Shown here piece after piece: positions 29,341 to 38,498 of a stretch of DNA of 64,000 nucleotides. Both the position numbers and the translations under genes were made by a program. Positions within the stretch are counted from its first letter, which is position 1. Every line of letters starts with the position of its first letter. Source of the stretch: Thermoanaerobaculia bacterium (GTDB lineage: Bacteria > Acidobacteriota > Thermoanaerobaculia > Multivoradales > JAHEKO01); the NCBI GenBank assembly GCA_947259725.1, contig CAMYNM010000001.1, positions 136,190 through 200,189 of the forward strand, given 5' to 3'. The notes below the pieces were generated by a model that did not search any database, was not told where the DNA came from, and saw nothing but the letters and a program-made list of their open reading frames with translations.

Positions 29341-29574
29341 CTAAGCTTCGGGCGCTTCGGTCGCGACCTCGTCTTCCACCACCTCGGCCTCAGGAGCCGG
29401 GCCGTAGTCCCAGTCGACCACTCCGTCGCGGATCTCGCGCATCGCCAGACGCCCGGGCTTATTCAGCCCAGCTTCGACCTTGGGCTGCGCGCCGCGCATC
29501 ATTTGTTCGGCGCGAGACGCCGCAAGAAGAACGAAACGAAACTTGCTGTCAATGCGATCCGGAAACTTCAACAA
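29341..29574 (-). CDS. rpoZ: RNA polymerase omega subunit
   Basis: SKFRFVLLAASRAEQ...LAMREI; follows gmk. Confidence 0.9.
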   Translation of the reverse strand: MLKFPDRIDSKFRFVLLAASRAEQMMRGAQPKVEAGLNKPGRLAMREIRDGVVDWDYGPAPEAEVVEDEVATEAPEA

Positions 29575-29589
29575 AATCTGTTCCTCCGT

Positions 29590-30243
29590 TCAGACGCCGC
29601 CCGAGTCGGCCCGGCTCAGCGCATCTCGAAAGTCGCGAAGAACCTCTGCGACTCTCTCGGTTTGCCGTTCTCGGCGGTGTCGAATTGCTATCAAGATTGC
29701 GCGCAGTGCTTCCTGCGCACGGGTCAGGTCATCGTTGATCATAACATAGCCGTACATCTCGTAACGCTCGATCGCGGAAAGAGATAGCGCCAAACGGCGG
29801 GCCAGTTGATCGGCAGTGTCCACACCTCGGTCACGAATCCGGCGCTCCAACTCCGCGTAGCTTGGCGGCAGGATCAGCACACTCTCCGCCTGCGGATAGC
29901 TCTCCAGCACCTGGGCGGCGCCTTGGACGTCGATATCGAGAATAACGTCCCTTCCTTCACCGAGGTGGGGCAAGACGGCTGCTTTCGAGGTGCCCTTCAA
30001 CTGGCCGTAGACATCCGCCCACTCCAGGAACTCGTCTTCGATCACCATCTGGCGAAAGACACCCTCGTCCACAAAGTGGTAGTCCCGGCCGTCGACCTCG
30101 CCGGGGCGCGGATCCCGAGTCGTATGGCTCACCGAGAACAGAAGTCCCTCCAACTCCGGGTCGCGGCCGACCAGGGCCCGCTGGATCAGCGTCGTCTTGC
30201 CGGCGCCCGACGGCGCCGAGACGATCAAGAGTGTTCCCGTCAC
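29590..30243 (-). CDS. gmk: Guanylate kinase
   Basis: SAPSGAGKTT, SHTTRDPRPGEVDGRDYHF, DIDVQGA. Confidence 0.95.
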   Translation of the reverse strand: MTGTLLIVSAPSGAGKTTLIQRALVGRDPELEGLLFSVSHTTRDPRPGEVDGRDYHFVDEGVFRQMVIEDEFLEWADVYGQLKGTSKAAVLPHLGEGRDVILDIDVQGAAQVLESYPQAESVLILPPSYAELERRIRDRGVDTADQLARRLALSLSAIERYEMYGYVMINDDLTRAQEALRAILIAIRHRRERQTERVAEVLRDFRDALSRADSGGV

Positions 30244-30249
30244 GTTCCC

Positions 30250-31131
30250 CTACTCTACGTTTTGCACCTGCTCCCGAAGCTGCTCACAGAGCACTTTGCC
30301 ATCGAGAACCAGCTGCGTGGCAGCCGAGCTACGGCTCTTGGAGCCGATCGTGTTGAGCTCGCGCAGGATCTCCTGCGCGAGAAAGTCGAGACGCTTGCCG
30401 ACCGCGCCATCCTCGGCGAGGAGCGTGCCGAAGTGCTCCACATGCAGCTTGAGTCGGTCGAGCTCCTCCTGGATGTCAGCCTTGTCGACCAGAAGGGCGG
30501 CCTCCTGTGCCAGACGATCGACGTCGAAGCCCGCCCCGCCGGTGAGCTCGGCCAGCCGAGCTTGCAGCCGCTCGAGAAGATCCTGCTGCAGCGGAGCGCG
30601 CAGATCCGTCAGCTTCGCGACGACCTCACCCAACCCCGCCACGGCTCGTCGCAGGACCTTGGTGAGCTCGGCGCCCTCTCTCGCTCGGGCCTCGAGCAGC
30701 CGTTCCAAGGCCGACTCGACCGCGGCGTCGAGGACTCCCCGATCCGCGTCCGAAAAGACGTTCTCGACGGCCTCCACCGACACCACCCCGGGCAACCGCA
30801 GCAGGGTTCCGGTCTCGAGCGTCTCGCTAGCACCCTGTTTCGCGCCCAGGTGCCTGGACGCCTCGAGGTAGCGAGCCGCCGCGGCCTCGTCGATCTTGAT
30901 TTCGAGCCCGCGAGTGGCCCGCGGACCGATCGACAGCCTCGCTTCGATTCTGCCTCGCTCGAGTCGCGCCCGGAGTTGCAGCACAATTCCCGGCTCGAGC
31001 GACCGGTGCTCCTCCGGCATGCGGACACTGATGTCCAGAAACCGATGATTCACGCTCCGCAAAGTCACCTTCGCCTCGTAGTTCTCGTTCTCGGCGGCGC
31101 CTTCGCCGAAGCCTGTCATGCTGAGTGGCAT
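30250..31131 (-). CDS. yicC: YicC/YloC family endoribonuclease
   Basis: SMTGFG, SVNHRFLD, DIQEELDRL, GKRLDFLAQE..RELNTIGSK, EQVQNVE. Confidence 0.95.
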   Translation of the reverse strand: MPLSMTGFGEGAAENENYEAKVTLRSVNHRFLDISVRMPEEHRSLEPGIVLQLRARLERGRIEARLSIGPRATRGLEIKIDEAAAARYLEASRHLGAKQGASETLETGTLLRLPGVVSVEAVENVFSDADRGVLDAAVESALERLLEARAREGAELTKVLRRAVAGLGEVVAKLTDLRAPLQQDLLERLQARLAELTGGAGFDVDRLAQEAALLVDKADIQEELDRLKLHVEHFGTLLAEDGAVGKRLDFLAQEILRELNTIGSKSRSSAATQLVLDGKVLCEQLREQVQNVE

Positions 31132-31137
31132 TCCGGG

Positions 31138-32973
31138 CTATTCCTGAAACTGCAGGTCGTAGAGCCGCTTGTAGATGCCCTCTCCGGCCAACAGCTCACG
31201 GTGCTTGCCTTCCTCGACGACACGGCCCGCGTCCAGAACGGCGATCCGGTCGGCGATCTGGACCGTCGCGAGTCGATGCGCGATCACCAGGGTGGTGCGC
31301 CCCTCCATGAGGTTCATGAGGGCCTTTTGGACCAGGGCCTCCGATTCCGCGTCTAGCTGCGACGTGGCTTCATCCAGAATCAAAATCGGAGCGTCCTTGT
31401 AAAGCGCTCTCGCGATCGCCAGCCTCTGCCGCTGGCCGCCCGAGAGGTGGAGGCCGGATTCTCCGATCACCGTGTCATAACCCTGCGGCAGCCGCATGAT
31501 GAACTCATCGGCGTAGGCCGCGGCGGCCGCCTCCCGAATCCTCTCCAAGGCCACGGTCTCCTGCCCGTAGGCGATGTTGTTGCGCACCGTATCGTTGAAG
31601 AGAACCGTATCCTGGGTCACCAGACCGATCAGTCGGCGGAGGCTCTCCAATGTGAAGTCTCGGATGTCGATCCCATCAATGCGCACGCACCCGGAGTCAG
31701 GGTCGAAGAAGCGCGGAAGAAGATTCACCAACGTGCTTTTCCCGGCGCCCGAAGGACCGACGAGGGCTACAACCTCGCCCTTGTGAATCCTGAGGCTCAC
31801 CTCCTTGAGCACGACCTGCTCGGTGTACGGGAAGGAAACACTCTCGAAGGCGATGTCGGCTTCGACATTGGGTATGACCTGCGCGTTGGGCCGGTCGGCG
31901 ATCTCGATCGGCAGATCAATCAACGATTTCACTCGGCGTACCGCGGCCAACGACTGCTGGATCACGAGATTGACCTTGTTCAGCTTGCGAATCGGTTCGT
32001 ACATCCAAACCAGGTTGAACAGAAAGCCGATGAAGCCGGAGGCAGACATCACCTCCGAGCGGATCTGCAAGCCCGCGTAGACCAGTAAACCGCTGAGGCC
32101 GACGACGCTCATGGTCTCGATCACCGGGCTGGAGAGGCTGTTCAGGACCGACGCCCACAGATTGACCCGCAGATGCCTTCGAGTGGCGCTCGCGAAGCGT
32201 CGGTACTCGAAATCCTCCATGCCGAATGCCTTCACCACGCGATGGCCCCGGGCACCCTCTCCCACCAGGTTGGCAAGATCCGCCATCCGCTCCTGGCTCT
32301 TGTAACTGGTCTTGCGCATTCCCTGCCCGAACCGCACGATCGGAAAGAGAACCGCGGGAATACCGAACGCGCAGACAAAGGCGAGGCTGGGATTGTTGAG
32401 AAACAGGAGCACCGTCAGCACGAGCAAGGTGAGCGACTGCTGCACAAGATCGACCGCTCGCGTCGAAACGGCGGTCTGCATCATCGCGATGTCGTTGACG
32501 ATTCGGCTGGTCAACTCGCCTGAAGGATGCCGGGCGTGAAAGCGGCTGCTCTGCTCGAGGATTCGCCGGTAGAGGCTATTGCGTATATCGGTGGTAACGC
32601 CGAGCCCGATGTGTTGAAACGAATACGAACTGATGAAGGCGACCAGGCTTCGAAACGTGAAGACCGCGATGACCAGCAGGGGCACGAAGAAGACCACCGA
32701 TTTCTCGGTGACACCCAGACGGTCCTTGACCTGCTGATAGAGCCTGGCAACCGTGGAGCGTACGGTGTTGCCTTTGTCCCCGGCGGCCGCGACCAGGCCG
32801 CTGGTCTGCTCGTGCTCCGCCGGATTGGTCTGCAGGACCTCTTCGAACACCGGCTCGATCAACACCACCAATGCTCCGGTGGCCACCGCGAATAGCCCAG
32901 CCGCGGCCACCGCGAACAGCACCCAAAGCCAGTAGCGCCTGAAGTAGCTGCCGAGGAAGCCCAGAACGCTCAT
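31138..32973 (-). CDS. msbA: Lipid A flippase ABC transporter
   Basis: TM domain plus GPSGAGKST, LSGGQRQR, ILDEATS; coupled to lpxB. Confidence 0.85.
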   Translation of the reverse strand: MSVLGFLGSYFRRYWLWVLFAVAAAGLFAVATGALVVLIEPVFEEVLQTNPAEHEQTSGLVAAAGDKGNTVRSTVARLYQQVKDRLGVTEKSVVFFVPLLVIAVFTFRSLVAFISSYSFQHIGLGVTTDIRNSLYRRILEQSSRFHARHPSGELTSRIVNDIAMMQTAVSTRAVDLVQQSLTLLVLTVLLFLNNPSLAFVCAFGIPAVLFPIVRFGQGMRKTSYKSQERMADLANLVGEGARGHRVVKAFGMEDFEYRRFASATRRHLRVNLWASVLNSLSSPVIETMSVVGLSGLLVYAGLQIRSEVMSASGFIGFLFNLVWMYEPIRKLNKVNLVIQQSLAAVRRVKSLIDLPIEIADRPNAQVIPNVEADIAFESVSFPYTEQVVLKEVSLRIHKGEVVALVGPSGAGKSTLVNLLPRFFDPDSGCVRIDGIDIRDFTLESLRRLIGLVTQDTVLFNDTVRNNIAYGQETVALERIREAAAAAYADEFIMRLPQGYDTVIGESGLHLSGGQRQRLAIARALYKDAPILILDEATSQLDAESEALVQKALMNLMEGRTTLVIAHRLATVQIADRIAVLDAGRVVEEGKHRELLAGEGIYKRLYDLQFQE

Positions 32974-34109
32974 CGGGTCTCCCCTCGCAGCAATTCAAGA
33001 ACTTCGTCAGCGGCCCTGGCGGCGGCCCCCGGCTCACCCAGGGCGGCCCTCAGCCCAGAGAGATCCGCCCGCATAGCGTCACGGCGCTTCCGGTCGTTCA
33101 AAAGGCTCTGGGCCTCGTCCGCGATCTGATTCGCGTGAGCCCGTCCCTGAATGAGCTCTGGAACCGCGGGCGCTCCGAGCACCAGGTTGACCAGGCTGAT
33201 GTGGGGAACCCGAACGATCAGCCTCCCCAGCCAATAGCTGAACAGGCCTATGCGATACACGACGACCATAGGCGTTCTCAGCAATCCTACCTCTAAGGTG
33301 GCCGTGCCCGAAGCACAGAGCGCCAGGTGGGCGGAGGCGACCTCTCGGTAACGGTCCTTTTCGGCGATCTTTCGAACCGTGACCCCGCTCTTTGCGATCA
33401 GCCGATCGGCCTCACGGGGGTCCAGGGCCGCGGCCTGAACGAGCAGCACCTCCATCCCGGGCCGCCGCACCTGGAGCAGCCGAACCGCCTCCAGCAGCAC
33501 CGGCAGCAGACGCCGCACCTCGTTGCTCCGAGACCCAGGCAACAGGGCGATCCGAAAGGGGCCATCCGCCTCCGGGACGTGGTCCCAGGCCTGGTCCAGC
33601 TCCGGCACTTCGTCAACCAGGGGATGGCCCACGTGACAGACCGACACATGGCCGCGATAGAATTCGACCTCAAAGGGAAAGAAAACCAGCATCCGGTCGA
33701 TGCACCTTGCCATCGACTTGACCCTTCCCCTGCGCCATGCCCAGACCTGCGGGCTCACGTAGTAGACCACCGGAACGCCCATCTCCTTGAGCTTCGGAGC
33801 GAGGCGAAGGTTGAACTCCGGAAAATCGATCAGCACCGCGAGATCGGGAGGCTCGGACCTCACCCGGTCGAGGATCTGATCGAAGATCTCTTTCGCTCGC
33901 GAATAAACACGGAGCACTTCCGCGATCCCCATGACCGAAATCGCCGAGACGTCCGCAATCGGCTCGAGACCTCGAGCTCGCATGAGTTCCCCGCCGAGGC
34001 CGCAGACTTCGAGGTCGCCGCTCGAGCGGGCGCGAAGTTCTTGCAAGAGCCGGGCGCCGTGGAGGTCGCCCGAGGTCTCACCGGCGATCATCAGCAAACG
34101 CTTGGTCAT
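32970..34109 (-). CDS. lpxB: Lipid-A-disaccharide synthase
   Basis: AGETSGDLHG, IDFPEFN, SPQVWAWR, LLPGSR, SGTATLE. Confidence 0.96.
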   Translation of the reverse strand: MTKRLLMIAGETSGDLHGARLLQELRARSSGDLEVCGLGGELMRARGLEPIADVSAISVMGIAEVLRVYSRAKEIFDQILDRVRSEPPDLAVLIDFPEFNLRLAPKLKEMGVPVVYYVSPQVWAWRRGRVKSMARCIDRMLVFFPFEVEFYRGHVSVCHVGHPLVDEVPELDQAWDHVPEADGPFRIALLPGSRSNEVRRLLPVLLEAVRLLQVRRPGMEVLLVQAAALDPREADRLIAKSGVTVRKIAEKDRYREVASAHLALCASGTATLEVGLLRTPMVVVYRIGLFSYWLGRLIVRVPHISLVNLVLGAPAVPELIQGRAHANQIADEAQSLLNDRKRRDAMRADLSGLRAALGEPGAAARAADEVLELLRGETR

Positions 34110-34196
34110 GGCTTTGGTCAGCGAAAGACGGGTTCCGAGAGCCGGCAGCGCCCGCCCGGACTCGCTCCCGCGCCGGGACGCTCCGGCCCCGTTTTT

Positions 34197-34388
34197 CTAG
34201 GTTCCGGGCGGCCCCGACGGGAAGGGGTACATCAGCCACGCCAGGAGGATGCCGCCGCCCAGCAGGCCAACGAGAAGCTGAAGAAAAAGCCGTAGGCGGG
34301 CCTTCACCGAGCGCCGCCACAGAAACGCGAAAAACGTGCTCACGATCAGCGCGTACAGGGTCATCAGGAGTACGTGGTTTACCGGCAT
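34197..34388 (-). CDS. Small two-TM membrane protein
   Basis: Two hydrophobic helices ending WLMYPFP; operonic position. Confidence 0.7.
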   Translation of the reverse strand: MPVNHVLLMTLYALIVSTFFAFLWRRSVKARLRLFLQLLVGLLGGGILLAWLMYPFPSGPPGT

Positions 34389-34406
34389 GCTTATGGGAAG
34401 GAAGCC

Positions 34407-34811
34407 CTAGTCTTTCTGCCCCGACGCCATGTCCCAGCAGTCGATCACCAGGAGCAGGTTCATCAGCCCGGCCGTGAGAATGAAAGCGCTGCCGTACTCG
34501 TAGCCGGGCCCGGTCAGATCGCCGCTGTAGCCCAAAAGATAGCGGAAGCCGAAGTAGGGCAATCCCACTCCCATGGAGGCCAGGGTGGCCAGGACCGTGA
34601 GCGGCCGATCGGCTACGACCGTATAGAGGTTGCCGTCGAGACTCCACCCGATCAGAAACGAGGCGATGACCACAAGCGCAAAGACCAGAGCCCGCCGCCG
34701 CTTACCGAGGTAGAAATGACCCGCTCCGGGGACCGCCCAGGCCAGCAATAGCGTTCTAATGAGGTGACCGGTGGCCGCGGCCACCGGCACTTGTTGCGCT
34801 TGTTCCGACAC
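34407..34811 (-). CDS. DUF6677-like membrane protein
   Basis: LAWAVPGAGHFYLG...YEYG...AGLMNLL. Confidence 0.75.
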   Translation of the reverse strand: MSEQAQQVPVAAATGHLIRTLLLAWAVPGAGHFYLGKRRRALVFALVVIASFLIGWSLDGNLYTVVADRPLTVLATLASMGVGLPYFGFRYLLGYSGDLTGPGYEYGSAFILTAGLMNLLLVIDCWDMASGQKD

Positions 34812-34854
34812 GAGAACGCTGATCGCTGTGTGAGGCTGGTCGCCTGGCGACCGT

Positions 34855-35151
34855 CTAGCCGTGAGTGTTCAGCAGCTCTTTCAGCTCTTTGCCAGGTTTG
34901 AAGTACGGGATTCGCTTGGAAGGTACGTCGACCCGGTCGCCGGTCTTCGGGTTCCTGCCGATTCGGGGCCCACGGTTTCGAATCCGGAAACTGCCGAATC
35001 CACGAAGCTCTATCTTGTCACCGTCCTTGAGCGAGGTAACGATGCTCTCGAAGACGGTGTTCACGATCAGCTCCGCGTGCTTCTTGGTGAGCTGCGTGGT
35101 CTTTGCAACCTCTTCAACCAATTCAGCCTTCGTCATTCCCTTCGTCGTCAC
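34855..35151 (-). CDS. ihfB: Integration host factor beta / HU family protein
   Basis: MTKAELV...IELRGFGSF...GRNPKTG...PYFKPGKELKE; downstream of rpsA. Confidence 0.88.
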   Translation of the reverse strand: MTTKGMTKAELVEEVAKTTQLTKKHAELIVNTVFESIVTSLKDGDKIELRGFGSFRIRNRGPRIGRNPKTGDRVDVPSKRIPYFKPGKELKELLNTHG

Positions 35152-35224
35152 CGTTGTCTCCCTTGTCAGTTCTCGATTCCGGCGCGAGTCGTACCCAAAC
35201 CGCCGGGCACTGCCACCGTCGAAC

Positions 35225-37153
35225 CTACTCCTCTTCCGACCGGTCGTCGTCTTCCGTCTCTTCCGCCGCGGGTTCCTCGGAAACCACGGCCTCTGGCTCT
35301 TCGCTGCCCGAGGCTTCAGCGGCGGCTTCGACGGGCTCCGCCTCGACCTCTGCTTCCGGCTCGGCTACGACATCGTCGGCAGTCCCGGAGTCGTCGGCCG
35401 CAGCGTCGTCCGCGGGTGCAGCCAGGGCCTCCGCAGCGGGCTCGTCGTCACCCGTCTCTGTGGCGCTCGACGACTCGTAGTCAGCCTGGAAGGCCGCTGC
35501 CTCCTCCTCGCTCGGCTGGTCGACGCCACGCATCGTGAGGCCGATCTTCTTGTCGTCCTCCTCGATTCGGAGGATGCGTGCCGAGACCCATTCGCCAACG
35601 CTGTAGAGCTCGACCAGAGAATCTCCCTCGAGATCGATCTCGCTGACGTGCGCCAGGCCCTCCAGACCATCGTGAATCTCGACGAAAAGGCCGAAATCGG
35701 TGACATTGACCACCCTTCCGGTGATCGTGTCGCCAACCTGGTGACTCGACGCGAAATCGTCCCACTCGTTGGGCATGAACTCTTTGATGGAGAGCGAGAC
35801 ACGCTGATTCTCGACGTCGATGCCGGTAATCCGGGCCTTGATCTTGTCGCCCTTGTTGAGCACCTCGCCGGGGTGTTTGACCCGCTTGGTCCAGCTCATG
35901 TCGGAAACGTGGATCAGGCCGTCGATCTCTTCGGTGATCTGGATGAAGGCGCCGAACTCGGTAAGATTGCGGACTTCGCCCTCTATGACGTGGCCTACAG
36001 GATGAGAGACGGCCAGCTCTTCCCAGGGATTCCTCTCGGCCTGGCGCAAGGAAAGACTGATGCGCCGCTGGTTGAGGTCGAGCTCGGAAACGATCGCCTC
36101 GATGTCGTCACCGACGTTGAGAATCTTGGACGGGTTGACCACTTTCTTGGTCCACGACATTTCGCTGACGTGGATGAGGCCCTCGACGCCCTCTTCGAGC
36201 TCGACGAAAGCCCCGTAGTCGACCAAGCTGACGACCTTGCCACGAACCCGGGAGCCGAGCGGGTACTTCTTCTCGACGACACTCCAAGGATCCTCGGTCC
36301 GCTGCTTGTAGCCGAGCGAGACGCGCTCCGAAGAGGGATCGAACTTGAGCACGACAACCGGAACCTCGTCGCCCACCGCGAAGTGCTCGGACGGGTGATT
36401 CACCCGGCCCCAGGAGATATCCGTGATGTGCAGCAGACCGTCGATACCCCCCAGGTCCACGAACACACCGTAGTCGGTGATGTTCTTGACCACGCCTTGC
36501 AGACGCGCTCCCTCTTCGAGGCGATCCAGCGTCTCGGCCTTCTTCTTGGCGAACTCCTTTTCCAGAACCGCCTTCCGGGACAGCACCACATTGTTGCGCC
36601 GCCGATCCATGCTGATGACCTTGAACTCGAGGTCCTCGCCACAGAGCGATTCGAGGTTCTTGATCGGCTTGATGTCCACCAGCGAGCCGGGCAGGAAGGC
36701 ACGGATGCCGATATCGACGGTCAACCCCCCCTTGATCCTTTCGAGCACGCGGCCCTGGATGATCTCGCTGGCGTTATAGCTGCGCTCGACGTCGGCCCAG
36801 ACCTTCATGCGCTCCGCCTTCCGCTTGGAAAGCAGCACGTGCCCCTCGCCGTCTTCTGCCTTTTCGAGCAGGACATCGATTTCCTGCCCCACTTCCACGT
36901 CGACCTTGCCGTCGCGTTTCTCGAACTCTGAAATGGCCACCAGTCCTTCGGACTTGTAGCCCACGTCGATGATGACGTGGTTGGATGTCGTTCCAATCAC
37001 CTTGCCGGTGACGATCTCGCCTTCGCTCAGGTGACGCATGCTGGCGTCATACAGCGCAACCATCTCGTCGTAGCTAATCTCGTCCTGAGTGTCGGCAACG
37101 GCTGGGACGTCGACCTCCGTGGACGTCTCGTGCCGCTCTTCCGTCGGGTTCAT
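35225..37153 (-). CDS. rpsA: 30S ribosomal protein S1 with acidic C-terminal tail
   Basis: Six S1 repeats (DVGYKSEG; DYGVFVDLGGIDGLLH; EGLIHVSEMSW...). Confidence 0.97.
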   Translation of the reverse strand: MNPTEERHETSTEVDVPAVADTQDEISYDEMVALYDASMRHLSEGEIVTGKVIGTTSNHVIIDVGYKSEGLVAISEFEKRDGKVDVEVGQEIDVLLEKAEDGEGHVLLSKRKAERMKVWADVERSYNASEIIQGRVLERIKGGLTVDIGIRAFLPGSLVDIKPIKNLESLCGEDLEFKVISMDRRRNNVVLSRKAVLEKEFAKKKAETLDRLEEGARLQGVVKNITDYGVFVDLGGIDGLLHITDISWGRVNHPSEHFAVGDEVPVVVLKFDPSSERVSLGYKQRTEDPWSVVEKKYPLGSRVRGKVVSLVDYGAFVELEEGVEGLIHVSEMSWTKKVVNPSKILNVGDDIEAIVSELDLNQRRISLSLRQAERNPWEELAVSHPVGHVIEGEVRNLTEFGAFIQITEEIDGLIHVSDMSWTKRVKHPGEVLNKGDKIKARITGIDVENQRVSLSIKEFMPNEWDDFASSHQVGDTITGRVVNVTDFGLFVEIHDGLEGLAHVSEIDLEGDSLVELYSVGEWVSARILRIEEDDKKIGLTMRGVDQPSEEEAAAFQADYESSSATETGDDEPAAEALAAPADDAAADDSGTADDVVAEPEAEVEAEPVEAAAEASGSEEPEAVVSEEPAAEETEDDDRSEEE

Positions 37154-37255
37154 CTAACAAATACCTCCTAAGATTTTTTCGAGCCTTTGGCTCGTAGCCC
37201 GCCTGATCGGCGGGTGCCGAGTACCCCATAAGTATCTGGAAACTCGGAGTTTTGG

Positions 37256-37285
37256 AGTATAGACACCCCTTTTGAAGGGTGTCAA
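37256..37285 (-). promoter_or_regulatory. Near-consensus sigma70 promoter of rpsA
   Basis: TTGACA-N18-TATACT; overlapped by the inverted repeat GACACCC-N8-GGGTGTC. Confidence 0.7.
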
Positions 37286-37337
37286 GAAACTGTTCCTCCG
37301 GGTCCGCTCGGTCCGGCCCGCGTCCGAGAGCATCGGC

Positions 37338-38498
37338 TCAGGCCCGGTCCGGGCCCGCGGCGGCGCCTGCGGCCGCCAACGCCGCACCCAACTCGGCGCG
37401 AACCTCCGGATCGCTCTCGGTTTCGAGCGACATTTCGAGCGCGTCTCGGACGGCTCGATCCCGCAGGCCGCCACCGGCGGCGATCCTACCCAGAGCCCAG
37501 GCGGCGTGCTCGCGCAACATGGCATCGTCGTCCCGCAACGCCGCCAGAAGCGGAACCGAATATCGAGAGTCGCCGGAGTTGCCCATCACGATGGCGGCGT
37601 TGCGCTTCAGGCCCGAAAGCTTCGAGCGCTTCATCGCGCTGCCCCGGAAGGCCTCGACGTACTCTTCGCGGCTCATGCCGAGCAGCCCGGTCAGCGAGAG
37701 GTCTTTTCGCTGATCCGGCGGCTCCAGCTCCGGATGGCTCGCGGCACCGAGTTCGGCGTTCGCAGGGCAGACCTCTTGGCACACGTCGCAGCCGAAAACC
37801 CAGCTGCCGACCTCCGGGCGCATGCCGGCTGGAATCGAGCCGCGGTGCTCGATCGTCCAGTAGCTGATGCAGAGCCGGCTATCGAGCTTGTAGGCCTCGG
37901 TGAGCGCCCCGGTCGGGCAGGCCTCCAGGCACAAGCTGCAGGTGCCGCACAGGTCGGCGACCGCCGAATCGCTCGGCAGCTCGAGGGTGGTCAAAATCTC
38001 GCCGAGGAGAAACCAGGAGCCCATATCGGGGTTCAGCAAATTGGTGTTCTTGCCGAAGGATCCGAGCCCCGCCCTGGCGGCCAGGTCCCGCTCGAGCACC
38101 GGCCCGGTATCCACGTAGCGGCGGGTTAGCGAGCCCGGAAACTCGTCCCGGATCTCCTCCTCCAACTGCTTCAGCCTATCCAGCATGAGGTCGTGGTAGT
38201 CCCGCCCGCGGGCATATCGAGCGACCCCGGGCCAGAGGTCGTTCGAAGCGTCCGACTCCACGCCCAGCGGCCAGTAGCGCAGCGCTACGCAGATCGCGCT
38301 GCGAGCGCCGGGAAGCAACTGCCTGGGATCGAGCCGCACCTCGACCCGGCGCTCGAGGTACCCCATGCCGGCCTGCGCGCCGTCGGCGAGCCACCTGAGA
38401 AACGACTCGCCGGTCGTGGCGCGATCCAGGCTCGCGATGCCAACCCTGTCGAACCCCGACCGCAGGGCGAGCTCACGCAATCGGTCGGACGGAGTCAT
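37338..38498 (-). CDS. queG: Epoxyqueuosine reductase
   Basis: ARYARGRDYH, VDTGPVLER, CGTCSLCLEACPT, FGCDVCQEVCP, HEAT repeats. Confidence 0.95.
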   Translation of the reverse strand: MTPSDRLRELALRSGFDRVGIASLDRATTGESFLRWLADGAQAGMGYLERRVEVRLDPRQLLPGARSAICVALRYWPLGVESDASNDLWPGVARYARGRDYHDLMLDRLKQLEEEIRDEFPGSLTRRYVDTGPVLERDLAARAGLGSFGKNTNLLNPDMGSWFLLGEILTTLELPSDSAVADLCGTCSLCLEACPTGALTEAYKLDSRLCISYWTIEHRGSIPAGMRPEVGSWVFGCDVCQEVCPANAELGAASHPELEPPDQRKDLSLTGLLGMSREEYVEAFRGSAMKRSKLSGLKRNAAIVMGNSGDSRYSVPLLAALRDDDAMLREHAAWALGRIAAGGGLRDRAVRDALEMSLETESDPEVRAELGAALAAAGAAAGPDRA

